This document shows positions 56,043 through 64,000 of a DNA stretch of 64,000 bases, in pieces. The stretch covers positions 558,701 through 622,700 of the forward strand of contig CAXXKA010000001.1 of assembly GCA_963668625.2 (NCBI GenBank). Reading direction: 5' to 3'. The notes under the pieces were generated by a model that saw only the letters and a program-made list of their open reading frames with translations, was not told where the DNA came from and did no database searches. Source of the DNA: an uncultured candidate division Zixibacteria bacterium (GTDB taxonomy: Bacteria > Zixibacteria > MSB-5A5 > UBA10806 > 4484-95). Each line of letters starts with the position of its first letter. Position 1 is the stretch's first letter. The position numbers and the translations under genes were made by a program.

Positions 56043-56053
56043 TCCTTGTATGT

Positions 56054-56467
56054 TTAAAGAAGCTTTTCCTTTCGTTCTTTCAAATTATCTTTAAGATATT
56101 CAACAATTTCTTTGCTGGTTGCGCCCGGAGTAAACACTTTCCCGATGCCCATGGCGGCAAGTTTCTCGGCATCAGATTCGGCGATGATACCGCCGCCAAA
56201 TAAAAGTTTATCATCCGCGCCCTGCTCTTTGAGCCCATTTAGAATAGCCGGGAACAGGGTCATATGTGCGCCGGATAGAATCGATAAGCCGATCGCGTCG
56301 ACATCCTCCTGAATAGCCGCGGCAATCACTTGTTCGGGGGTCTGGCGTAAGCCGGTGTAAATCACCTCGAAACCGGCATCACGGAGCGCGGCCGCTACAA
56401 CTTTTACCCCGCGATCATGGCCATCAAGGCCGGGTTTGGCGAGTAGTATTCTCCATTTTCTTGTCAT
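56054..56467 (-). CDS. cobalamin (B12)-binding domain protein, methylmalonyl-CoA mutase C-terminal-domain type
   Basis: [62 protein letters not shown] contains the DxHxxG B12-binding motif (DGHDRG). Confidence 0.9.
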   Translation of the reverse strand: MTRKWRILLAKPGLDGHDRGVKVVAAALRDAGFEVIYTGLRQTPEQVIAAAIQEDVDAIGLSILSGAHMTLFPAILNGLKEQGADDKLLFGGGIIAESDAEKLAAMGIGKVFTPGATSKEIVEYLKDNLKERKEKLL

Positions 56468-56630
56468 AGCACCCTCTGATAAAATAGTTTCAGAGTCCTG
56501 GTCCGGTTAGCTCGTAAAGGTCATATAAAAACGAGCTTTTAATAAATTTGATCAGTTATAATAACAGAAATCCAAATGAAATGCAACTTTTATGTAATTA
56601 TCTATTTGGGGCAAAATTAGTTAAAACGAG

Positions 56631-57053
56631 CTATTCATCGCCGCGAATATCGTATTCGCCTTCCTCGCCTTTAACCCGGATATTTTGAGTTCCGTTTACA
56701 GTCAGGACAACCGTTCTCTCGAAATAAGGATTCTCTGGTTCGGCCGGGTGGCGGGCCGCTGACTCGAATGTGATCGAGACGTCATCGCCGCCGGGGAAAT
56801 CATAGCCGCCATCAAGGAAATTCTCGATCGAACGTCGGCCATGAGCAGGCACCAGGTAATTTACCATTCTCGATTCACGAGTAGCTCCACGTTGTTGAAT
56901 GATATAGGTTATATAAATCGATTGATATTGCAAGGAATTCTGGAAAGTAATGACGCCGCTCTGAAGATAGTCCGGTGCGGATGGCTTATCCTCCGAACAG
57001 CTTAGCGATAATAACGCCACAATAAAGACCAGTAAGACAATAACGCGATTCAT
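56631..57053 (-). CDS. lipoprotein, unknown function
   Basis: Signal peptide with lipobox LSLSC. 140 aa. No family recognised. Confidence 0.65.
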   Translation of the reverse strand: MNRVIVLLVFIVALLSLSCSEDKPSAPDYLQSGVITFQNSLQYQSIYITYIIQQRGATRESRMVNYLVPAHGRRSIENFLDGGYDFPGGDDVSITFESAARHPAEPENPYFERTVVLTVNGTQNIRVKGEEGEYDIRGDE

Positions 57054-57178
57054 GATACAAATATATAATTTTTTAACAAACTATGCAATAATTAATTAGT
57101 ATAATTGACAGGGCTTACTATTTGATTATATACTGGTTTGAAATAGTCGATAATACATTGTGAGGTAAAGAGGTAAAT

Positions 57179-58054
57179 ATGTTTGAAAATAAATCGATTC
57201 CCCTTTTCCAGGTGGATTCTTTCACCGGTAAGCCCTTTTCAGGAAATCCGGCGGGCGTGTGCGTATTAGAGGAGCCACTGGAGGATGATGTTATGCAAAA
57301 GATAGCTTCCGAGATGAACCTTTCGGAGACTGCTTTTGCGGTTAAAATAACTGCCGGGGCGATGATTGACGCATTGAAATTCAATTTAAGATGGTTCACG
57401 CCGAAATGTGAGGTTGATCTCTGTGGTCATGCTACGCTGGCGACCGCCAAAGTTCTTCATGAGATTTACCAACTTAAAAACGATACTATAACGTTTTCAT
57501 CGCTTTCCGGAGAATTAACCGCTCAACGAAAACGCAATATACATGTACTCGATTTCCCGGCCGGGGATATCGAGCGAGTGGATGTGCCCGACTATATTAT
57601 CAACGCCTTGAACCTGCCAGACTATGAACTGGATACGGAAATTCATGAGGCTGTAATGTGTAAACGCTCGAAAAAACTACTTATCCGGTTTAATGATACC
57701 GAAGCGATTCGTCAGATAAATCCACATTTCAGCGATCTTATACAGGCTGAGGCCTCTTTCGGCAGCCGGGGCATAATAGTCACCTCGGCAGGGGATAGGC
57801 CATACGATTTTACCTCCCGTTTCTTTGCTCCCATGATGGGTATCGATGAGGATCCGGTAACGGGGGCTGCGCACACGGTACTGGGTACATACTGGTACAA
57901 GATGCTCAATAAAAAACGTATGAATGCTTTTCAGGCCTCTAAAAGAGGCGGTGAACTCATAGTAGAGTTCCGTGAGCACCCCAAAGGCCATTACAATCGA
58001 GTGTTGATTTCCGGTCAAGCGGTTATCGTTATGGAAGGTGTTCTAAAATTTTAA
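57179..58054 (+). CDS. PhzF family isomerase
   Basis: PLFQVDSFTGKPFSGNPAGVCVLEE...MNLSETAF...DLCGHATLA and C-terminal DPVTGAAH typical of PhzF/YddE. Confidence 0.9.
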   Translation: MFENKSIPLFQVDSFTGKPFSGNPAGVCVLEEPLEDDVMQKIASEMNLSETAFAVKITAGAMIDALKFNLRWFTPKCEVDLCGHATLATAKVLHEIYQLKNDTITFSSLSGELTAQRKRNIHVLDFPAGDIERVDVPDYIINALNLPDYELDTEIHEAVMCKRSKKLLIRFNDTEAIRQINPHFSDLIQAEASFGSRGIIVTSAGDRPYDFTSRFFAPMMGIDEDPVTGAAHTVLGTYWYKMLNKKRMNAFQASKRGGELIVEFREHPKGHYNRVLISGQAVIVMEGVLKF

Positions 58055-58357
58055 GATATCGAGGGTTCTCCCGTTAGATTCAGTTTTGACCGGTTGCGGA
58101 GCGATATCACCTGATGCCATAATTTCTATTTTACGAGGTGACGAACAGATCAGCGGAGTCTGTCTTAACTCGCCATAAATGTAAAAGATAAGTTTTATCT
58201 GAAAAGAATAAACCGATTATTTAATATTGGCTCGAACCTTATCATGGCTGTCTTTGCGAGTAGCCGAAGCGGACGGAATCCCATTGGGAGCCCGAACGGG
58301 ACAACCCGTTTGTTTATAAAACATCCTCCAGCAGTGATCTGTCCCTCCAGCTTGAAA

Positions 58358-59116
58358 TCAGTTAATAATCAGCTGATCACATTTGGTGAAAAATTTCTTG
58401 ATCGCCAGATACAGACCCAGTATGGATGATATCGAAACCGAGGCTAAGAGCATATAGCCGACTATTATCTGTAACAATACCGCCGAAAGCGGGTTCGCTC
58501 CCGCTAGAATCATGCCGGTCATAGCTCCGGGCAGGGCCACGATGCCGGCGGTTTTCATGAAATTGAGTATCGGTGTCATACCGGCAATAACCGCCTCCTG
58601 TTGAAATTTACGAGTGGCAATTTTCCAGCTTTTACCCAATGCCAACGAGGTCTCTATAGCCAGGCGATTCGATCTGATATCGGTATCGATACGATTGATT
58701 GTCAGGGTGGCGGCGTTCATCGAGTTGGATATGATCATACCTGCCAGAGGTATCACGAATCGCGCCTGCAAATCGATAATGCGAAGTACCAGCATCAAGC
58801 CAATCGTCGAAAACGAGGCAACACTGATAGCTATCAATGAAATAATGAATATTCCATTGAGCTTTTTCACCCGTCCCGCTACCGTATGAGCGCCCATGGT
58901 GATCATCACGCAAAGAGCCAGGAGAATGAGCCAGATCGATTCAATGGCGAAAATATATTCCAGGGCATATCCAACGGCAACGAGCTGTATGAATACCCGT
59001 ACCGAGCCGAGTGTCATCTCTTTTTGAACGGGAATACGCCATACCCGGCTGATTACGATAGCCACTCCGACAAGTACCAGCGCAACTAATACATCGATGA
59101 AATCCGGGCTGTTCAC
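58358..59116 (-). CDS. fetB: iron export ABC transporter permease FetB (UPF0014/YbbM family)
   Basis: About 250 aa and polytopic. ALPGAMTGMILAGANPLSAVLLQI motif typical of YbbM/FetB. 4-nt overlap with the ATPase gene. Confidence 0.82.
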   Translation of the reverse strand: MNSPDFIDVLVALVLVGVAIVISRVWRIPVQKEMTLGSVRVFIQLVAVGYALEYIFAIESIWLILLALCVMITMGAHTVAGRVKKLNGIFIISLIAISVASFSTIGLMLVLRIIDLQARFVIPLAGMIISNSMNAATLTINRIDTDIRSNRLAIETSLALGKSWKIATRKFQQEAVIAGMTPILNFMKTAGIVALPGAMTGMILAGANPLSAVLLQIIVGYMLLASVSISSILGLYLAIKKFFTKCDQLIIN

Positions 59117-59823
59117 TGAAGTTTCCTTTCCTTGTACAGCTTGCCCATCTCTGTCCGGGGAGAATTTACGACCTGCTCGGAATCGCCAGATTCGATCAGT
59201 TTACCTTTAACCATAAGAAGCGACCGGCCGCCCATACGAATTGCCTGCTGGGGATTGTGGGTGATAAATATTACCGTGAATTTACTCTGGTCGACAATTT
59301 CGCGCACCAGTTTTTCGATAGCTTCGGTAGCGGTCGGATCGAGAGCCGAGGTCGGTTCATCCAGCAGGAGGATATCGGGGTTTAGCGCCAACAAGCGCGC
59401 TAAAGCAACTCGTTGCTGTTCACCGATGGATAGGTTGTCGATAGGAGTATCCAGGAAATCCCCGGTGAGATGAACTGCCTCGATATGTTCCTTCATCTGC
59501 GATTCGGATAGCCTATCGTCAGCGTAAAGCAGATTATCCCTGACTGTCTCGGAGAAAAGGTATGGTGTTTGAAAAAGATAACCGACACGCCGTCTGATCT
59601 CTGATGGTTTAAATTCGCATTGGTTTTTTCCGCGAATAAGTATACTCCCGCCAGAGGGTTCATCTAGACGGTTTAACAGCCTTAGTAGTGATGATTTACC
59701 TGCCCCTGATGGCCCTAAAATATTGTATATATGATGATCCTCGAAGGCGAACGTGAAATTATCGATAATAGTTTTGTCTTTGATTTTGCGGGTCAGGTTT
59801 TCTGTTTGGATAATAACACTCAT
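59113..59823 (-). CDS. fetA: ABC transporter ATP-binding protein FetA (YbbL family)
   Basis: Walker A GPSGAGKSSLL, signature LSIGEQQRVALAR, Walker B LLLDEPTSALD. Confidence 0.85.
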   Translation of the reverse strand: MSVIIQTENLTRKIKDKTIIDNFTFAFEDHHIYNILGPSGAGKSSLLRLLNRLDEPSGGSILIRGKNQCEFKPSEIRRRVGYLFQTPYLFSETVRDNLLYADDRLSESQMKEHIEAVHLTGDFLDTPIDNLSIGEQQRVALARLLALNPDILLLDEPTSALDPTATEAIEKLVREIVDQSKFTVIFITHNPQQAIRMGGRSLLMVKGKLIESGDSEQVVNSPRTEMGKLYKERKLQ

Positions 59824-59863
59824 TACTCTTAATATAGCGAAATTTTTGATCGAAAGCTATTAA

Positions 59864-59893
59864 TAAAAAGAGGGCCGCATTTTTCTGCGGCCC
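59864..59893 (-). terminator. terminator-like hairpin upstream of fetA
   Basis: Minus strand: GGGCCGCAGAAAAATGCGGCCC followed by TCTTTTTATT. Confidence 0.6.
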
Positions 59894-60183
59894 GGGCGCG
59901 TATTATAAAGGAAGGTTAAAGGCGATTAATTTTCTTATCAGTTTCGCATGTTTGACACGGTATCCAATCTGATGGTTTAAGAATTTTGTATATACATTGT
60001 ATCAGAGGGGAAATGAAATAGGCTATTTTATTTATAATAGATGAGGGGGATTGATTTATGTGGTTTGAGTATGTCCTTGTGCCCCAACTGGCAGGCTTGC
60101 AAATAAAAACAGGCAGACAAGAAGGGGCTGTCTTAAAAGCCGTTATGACTTTATGATCCAATGAACATATGCCGGCAACATAT

Positions 60184-60215
60184 AAAAAAGCAGGGACGTT
60201 TGTTCACATCCCTGC
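60184..60215 (-). terminator. Rho-independent terminator after the ilvE-rpiB-glyA operon
   Basis: Minus strand: GCAGGGATGTGAACAAACGTCCCTGC followed by TTTTTTATA. Confidence 0.8.
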
Positions 60216-60246
60216 CTGATATTTTAGTCAATCTAGATAATCGTAT

Positions 60247-61503
60247 TTATCCGTTACCGTTTCTGATTTCGGAGTAAAGCGGGAATTTTTCGCATAACTG
60301 ACCGACATCATCCCGGACTTTTTGCAATACTTTCGTATCACCGAGGTTTTTAACAACCTGGATAATGAATCCGGCGACATCGTCCATATCGCTTTCCACC
60401 ATACCGCGAGTAGTGATAGCCGGGGTTCCGATTCGGATACCGGAGGTTACGAACGGTTTCTCGGGATCGAACGGTACGGTATTTTTGTTGACCGTAATAC
60501 CGGCTGTCTCGAGATTTTCCTCGACCTCTTTACCTGTGATACCCTGCTTCACGAAACTCACCAGCATCAGATGGTTATCCGTACCACCGGAAACGATATG
60601 CAGTCCGGCATCCATCAGATGTTTAGCCAGGGCTTTAGCGTTGGCGACTACTCGTTTCTGGTATTCCTTGAACTCAGGCTGCAGAGCCTCATGGAAAGCA
60701 ACTGCTTTTGCCGCGATTATGTGCATGAGCGGGCCGCCCTGTATACCGGGCATGACCGTACGATTGATATCTTTCCAATATTTCTTTTTGCACATGATCA
60801 AACCACCGCGTGGGCCGCGAAGGGTTTTGTGCGTGGTGCTGGTTACGAAATCCGCGACCGGCACCGGCGAGGGATGTTCACCGGCAACTATTAATCCGGC
60901 GATATGAGCGATATCTACCATCAGGTACGCGCCAACCTCATCGGCGATGGCGCGGAATTTATCGAATTCCAGCGTTCTCGGGTAGGCCGAGGCGCCGGCG
61001 ATGATCATTTTGGGTTTATGCTCTTTTGCAATTTCTCGCAGTTCGTCATAGTCGATCATCTCGGTTTCTTTATTCACGTTATAGGGAACGATATTATAAA
61101 GCTTGCCCGAAAAATTAATCGGATGGCCATGGGTCAGATGGCCGCCGTGAGCCAGGTTCATACCCAGTACGGTATCTCCCGGCTGAAGCATTGCCATGTA
61201 AACCGCCATATTGGCCTGTGATCCCGAGTGCGGCTGGACATTGACATGTTCACAGCCAAAAAGTTCTTTGCATCTCTCGCGAGCGGTAATCTCGGCCTCA
61301 TCGACGAAAGTACATCCGCCGTAATATCTGGCCTTGGGGTAACCCTCGGCATACTTGTTTGTCATTACCGAACCCATCGCCTCCATAACCGCACGGGAGG
61401 TAAAATTCTCCGAGGCTATCAGTTCGAGGCCGCCGTGTTGACGTTTGGCCTCGTTGCGTATGGCCTCATAAATCACGGGGTCGGTTTTCTTCAAATTTTG
61501 CAT
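60247..61503 (-). CDS. glyA: serine hydroxymethyltransferase
   Basis: [22 protein letters not shown]-lysine motif [15 protein letters not shown]. Confidence 0.97.
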   Translation of the reverse strand: MQNLKKTDPVIYEAIRNEAKRQHGGLELIASENFTSRAVMEAMGSVMTNKYAEGYPKARYYGGCTFVDEAEITARERCKELFGCEHVNVQPHSGSQANMAVYMAMLQPGDTVLGMNLAHGGHLTHGHPINFSGKLYNIVPYNVNKETEMIDYDELREIAKEHKPKMIIAGASAYPRTLEFDKFRAIADEVGAYLMVDIAHIAGLIVAGEHPSPVPVADFVTSTTHKTLRGPRGGLIMCKKKYWKDINRTVMPGIQGGPLMHIIAAKAVAFHEALQPEFKEYQKRVVANAKALAKHLMDAGLHIVSGGTDNHLMLVSFVKQGITGKEVEENLETAGITVNKNTVPFDPEKPFVTSGIRIGTPAITTRGMVESDMDDVAGFIIQVVKNLGDTKVLQKVRDDVGQLCEKFPLYSEIRNGNG

Positions 61504-61508
61504 TTATC

Positions 61509-61949
61509 TTATCCTTTTTCGTAATCGGATATTTTATCCACTCGGCGGGCATGACGTCCGCCCTCGAATTTCGTATTTAAGAAAGCATCCACTATCGCCT
61601 GAATTTTAGCCTCAGGCGTGTACATCTCCGAAAGCACCAGGACATTGGCATTATTATGAGCTCGCGCCAATTCGGACATTTCCTCGTTAATAGCGAATCC
61701 CGCCCGGATACCTTCTACCTTGTTGGCGGCTATCATCATGCCGTTGCCCGAGCCACAGATTATTATGCCGCTCTCAACCTTGCCGCTTGCAACCGCCTCG
61801 GCGGCTTTGATACCGTGATCGGGGTAGTCGGCGCTTTGCTCCGAGCTGCAACCGAAGTCCTCGGTTTCGATCCCTCTAGCGTTCAGGTAGCCCTTTATCT
61901 GCTCTTTATACTTGTAGCCTCTATGGTCTGATCCAAGTGATATTTTCAT
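61509..61949 (-). CDS. rpiB: ribose-5-phosphate isomerase B
   Basis: MKISLGSDHRGY..., GIIICGSGNGM, RpiB/LacA/LacB family, 146 aa. Confidence 0.95.
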   Translation of the reverse strand: MKISLGSDHRGYKYKEQIKGYLNARGIETEDFGCSSEQSADYPDHGIKAAEAVASGKVESGIIICGSGNGMMIAANKVEGIRAGFAINEEMSELARAHNNANVLVLSEMYTPEAKIQAIVDAFLNTKFEGGRHARRVDKISDYEKG

Positions 61950-62869
61950 TTTACGTATGTCAACCAGTTATATTTATCCTCGAAACCATCCTCGAAAATA
62001 GAGAAGTAGGCTTTCTGGAGTTTCTCCGTTATGGGGCCTCGCTTGCCGCTGCCTATAGTTATTCCGTCAATTTTGGATATCGGCGAAACCTCTGCCGCCG
62101 ATCCGGTGAAAAATACCTCATCGGCGATATAGAGAGCCTCGCGCGGAATCGACTCCTCGATAACTTTGATTCCCATATCAGTAGCCAGGCGAATGATGGT
62201 ATTGCGTGTTATGCCGGGTAAAATCGATGAGCCGAATGTTGGCGTCACCAGCGCGCCGTCACGAACAAGGAATATGTTCTCGCCGGAACCCTCCGAGACA
62301 TGGCCGTAAACATCCAGAGCGATTCCCTCGACATAACCGTGATTCAAAGCCTCTAACTTGATGAGCTGGCTGTTCATGTAGTTGGCAGTGGCTTTGGCCA
62401 TATCGGGCATGGTGCCGGGCGCGTTTCTACGCCAGGAGGAGACACATACCGAGACGCCGTTTTCCAATGCCTCCGGGCCGAGATACTTACCCCAGGGCCA
62501 AACAGCGATAGCAACCTTAACCGGCACGCCGGTAGGATCAACGCCCAGGCTCTCATAACCTCGATACACCAGAGGTCTGATATAGCAGGAATCAACTTTG
62601 TTTATATTAATCAGCTCGATAGTAGCCTTGTTTATTTCTTCCTCGGTGAAAGGCACCTCCATGCGGTAGATTTTGCTCGAATTAAACAGCCTGTGGGTGT
62701 GTTCCTGAAGGCGGAAGATTGCCGGGCCTTTGGGGGTGTTATAGCATCTGGCGCCCTCGAACAGCCCCGAACCGTAGTGGATAACATGAGATAGAATATG
62801 AATCTGAGCTTCATCCCAGTTTACGAATTCACCATCCATCCAGATTTTTTCAGTTTTATTAAAAGGCAT
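61946..62869 (-). CDS. ilvE: branched-chain amino acid aminotransferase (class IV)
   Basis: IWMDGEFV.W.EA..H.LSH..HYGSG.FEG.R.Y; EGSGENIF; GITR. ATG at 62869 with RBS GGAGGG preferred over the track start 62938. Confidence 0.93.
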   Translation of the reverse strand: MPFNKTEKIWMDGEFVNWDEAQIHILSHVIHYGSGLFEGARCYNTPKGPAIFRLQEHTHRLFNSSKIYRMEVPFTEEEINKATIELININKVDSCYIRPLVYRGYESLGVDPTGVPVKVAIAVWPWGKYLGPEALENGVSVCVSSWRRNAPGTMPDMAKATANYMNSQLIKLEALNHGYVEGIALDVYGHVSEGSGENIFLVRDGALVTPTFGSSILPGITRNTIIRLATDMGIKVIEESIPREALYIADEVFFTGSAAEVSPISKIDGITIGSGKRGPITEKLQKAYFSIFEDGFEDKYNWLTYVK

Positions 62870-63061
62870 AAACCCTCCATAGCATAGTTTTAGATTTTCA
62901 ATCAGGCCAATATAATAAAGTCCGACGATTATATGCAACCAAAATCCGGTATTTAATCCGATATGAAAATCATTGATATTTAAGGGGATGAGAGGTTATA
63001 ATGGATTAAGGTTACTGTCGGCTTAAACGACATGATTATACTGAAAGCAAAGAGGTTAAGT

Positions 63062-63838
63062 ATGAATACCGGAAGTATAATATCAAATTCTATTAAAATA
63101 ATGATGTTATCGGTCATGATAGCGGCTTGCTGCTGTGGCCCGAATATATCATCGGAAAACTACTCTGAAAGCAAAAGCAAAGCTATCAGGCTGGTTGATG
63201 ATGGGAGATGCGATAAAGCCGTTAAGTTATGCCGCAAGTTGTTGGAGATAAACGAGAAGGATGCCGAAATATACCGTCTGGCAGCAGCTTGTTTCGCAAA
63301 AATAAACCAGCCCGATAGCGCGGTTTTTTACTATCAGGGAGCTATAGTATTCAATCCCTCGGATCGCCAGGCTTATGAACGTATAGCCGATATTTATTAC
63401 GATAAAACCGACTATCACACCGCTATGACCTGGTATGATAAAGCATTGCAGATTAGCTATATCAGCCCCGAAAGCTATGTCAGGTTAGCGAAAATACATC
63501 AGAACTGGAGCGAATATGCTTTTGCCGGAAGATATTACGGTTATGCCCTGGCGGCCGATCCTGACAATGTTGAAGCGCTTTATGGCCTCGGCACGATACA
63601 ACTTCAAACCGGTGACACCACGGCGGCAATTAGCTCTTTGAGCAAAGCGGCGGAATCGGGTAAACATGCCGGCGCCGCCTATAAGCTGGGGGTTATTAAT
63701 CAACAGATGAAAGACTACAGTAAGGCTATCGGCTGGCTGGAGAAATGTATCGAGTTCAGCGATGACCAATCGTTGAAAGATAAAGCCTACCAGTTCAAGA
63801 TGGAGATCGTGATGCGGATGAGGGACGGGCAGCAGTAA
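63062..63838 (+). CDS. TPR repeat (lipo)protein
   Basis: Hydrophobic N-terminus with MIAACCCG, then several TPR repeats (AEIYRLAAACFAKINQPDSAVFYYQGAIVFNP..., ALYGLGTIQLQTGD...). ATG 63062 with RBS AGAGG preferred over 63032. Confidence 0.75.
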   Translation: MNTGSIISNSIKIMMLSVMIAACCCGPNISSENYSESKSKAIRLVDDGRCDKAVKLCRKLLEINEKDAEIYRLAAACFAKINQPDSAVFYYQGAIVFNPSDRQAYERIADIYYDKTDYHTAMTWYDKALQISYISPESYVRLAKIHQNWSEYAFAGRYYGYALAADPDNVEALYGLGTIQLQTGDTTAAISSLSKAAESGKHAGAAYKLGVINQQMKDYSKAIGWLEKCIEFSDDQSLKDKAYQFKMEIVMRMRDGQQ

Positions 63839-63977
63839 GCGGAAATGATCGTTGCTTAACAAAATATCTATTTTAATCCTGAAGGTCTAAGTCACCTGTC
63901 ATTGGCTTGAAAATACTGATTCAGAAGCTAAACGTATTCTATAAACCTTGTTTTGATATAGTCATGGCGATAAAATC

Positions 63978-64000
63978 AAATCGAAACGGAGTTTCTTGAA
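63978..64000 (+). repeat. start of another REP unit, cut by the window end
   Basis: AAATCGAAACGGAGTTTCTTGAA matches the first ~20 nt of the 22439 unit (ACGAAACAGAGTTTCTTGAA) with 2 differences. Confidence 0.6.

Noticed and set aside
62870-62938. Longer ilvE start from the ORF track (23 extra codons)
   Set aside because: The ATG at 62869 is preceded by GGAGGG at proper spacing and matches the usual aminotransferase N-terminus (MPFNKTEKIWMDGEF).

Overview
Chromosomal segment with about 59 protein-coding genes. I saw no rRNA, tRNA or CRISPR array by eye. I would place it in an uncultivated member of the FCB (Fibrobacterota-Chlorobiota-Bacteroidota) radiation, because several secreted proteins end in T9SS-type C-terminal sorting domains (NYPNPFN...). 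Housekeeping blocks: rsgA; an extended macromolecular-synthesis operon rpsU-yqeY-cvpA-mutS2-dnaG-rpoD (2.3-9.3 kb); GH57 branching enzyme plus DUF3467; split ADP-heptose genes rfaE1/rfaE2; pepP-accB; pilT; accC-gcvH-gcvPA-(two inserted genes)-gcvPB; an acyl-CoA beta-oxidation set (thiolase, three acyl-CoA dehydrogenases, hbd, a B12-binding mutase domain); fetAB; ilvE-rpiB-glyA. Accessory parts: (i) 9.6-17 kb holds a small Cys-tailed protein, a polytopic membrane protein, a membrane-anchored PAS-LuxR regulator, a four-repeat secreted protein and two T9SS cargo proteins. (ii) 21-25 kb holds an AT-rich orphan gene, a REP-associated tyrosine transposase (RAYT) bracketed by inverted REP units, and two tandem secreted paralogues. 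(iii) 28.7-33.4 kb lies between accB/pilT and accC and holds palindromic hairpin repeats, a 255-bp MITE with 14-bp terminal inverted repeats and a 9-bp target duplication (second copy at 54.46 kb), and a T9SS beta-helix gene split by an IS3-family element. (iv) 43-46.7 kb is an outer-membrane-protein cluster inside the beta-oxidation genes. (v) A 917-aa dockerin-ending protein shares a module with a small T9SS-anchored protein. I found no recognisable defence system. The most unusual signals are the mobile-DNA and hairpin-repeat ecology (RAYT/REP, MITE, IS3, three hairpin families with conserved cores and compensatory outer stems), the possible T9SS-anchored cohesin-like/dockerin pair, the candidate peptide-signalling cassette, and the unrecognised four-repeat secreted protein. 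All product calls come from motif recognition by eye; no database search was run.
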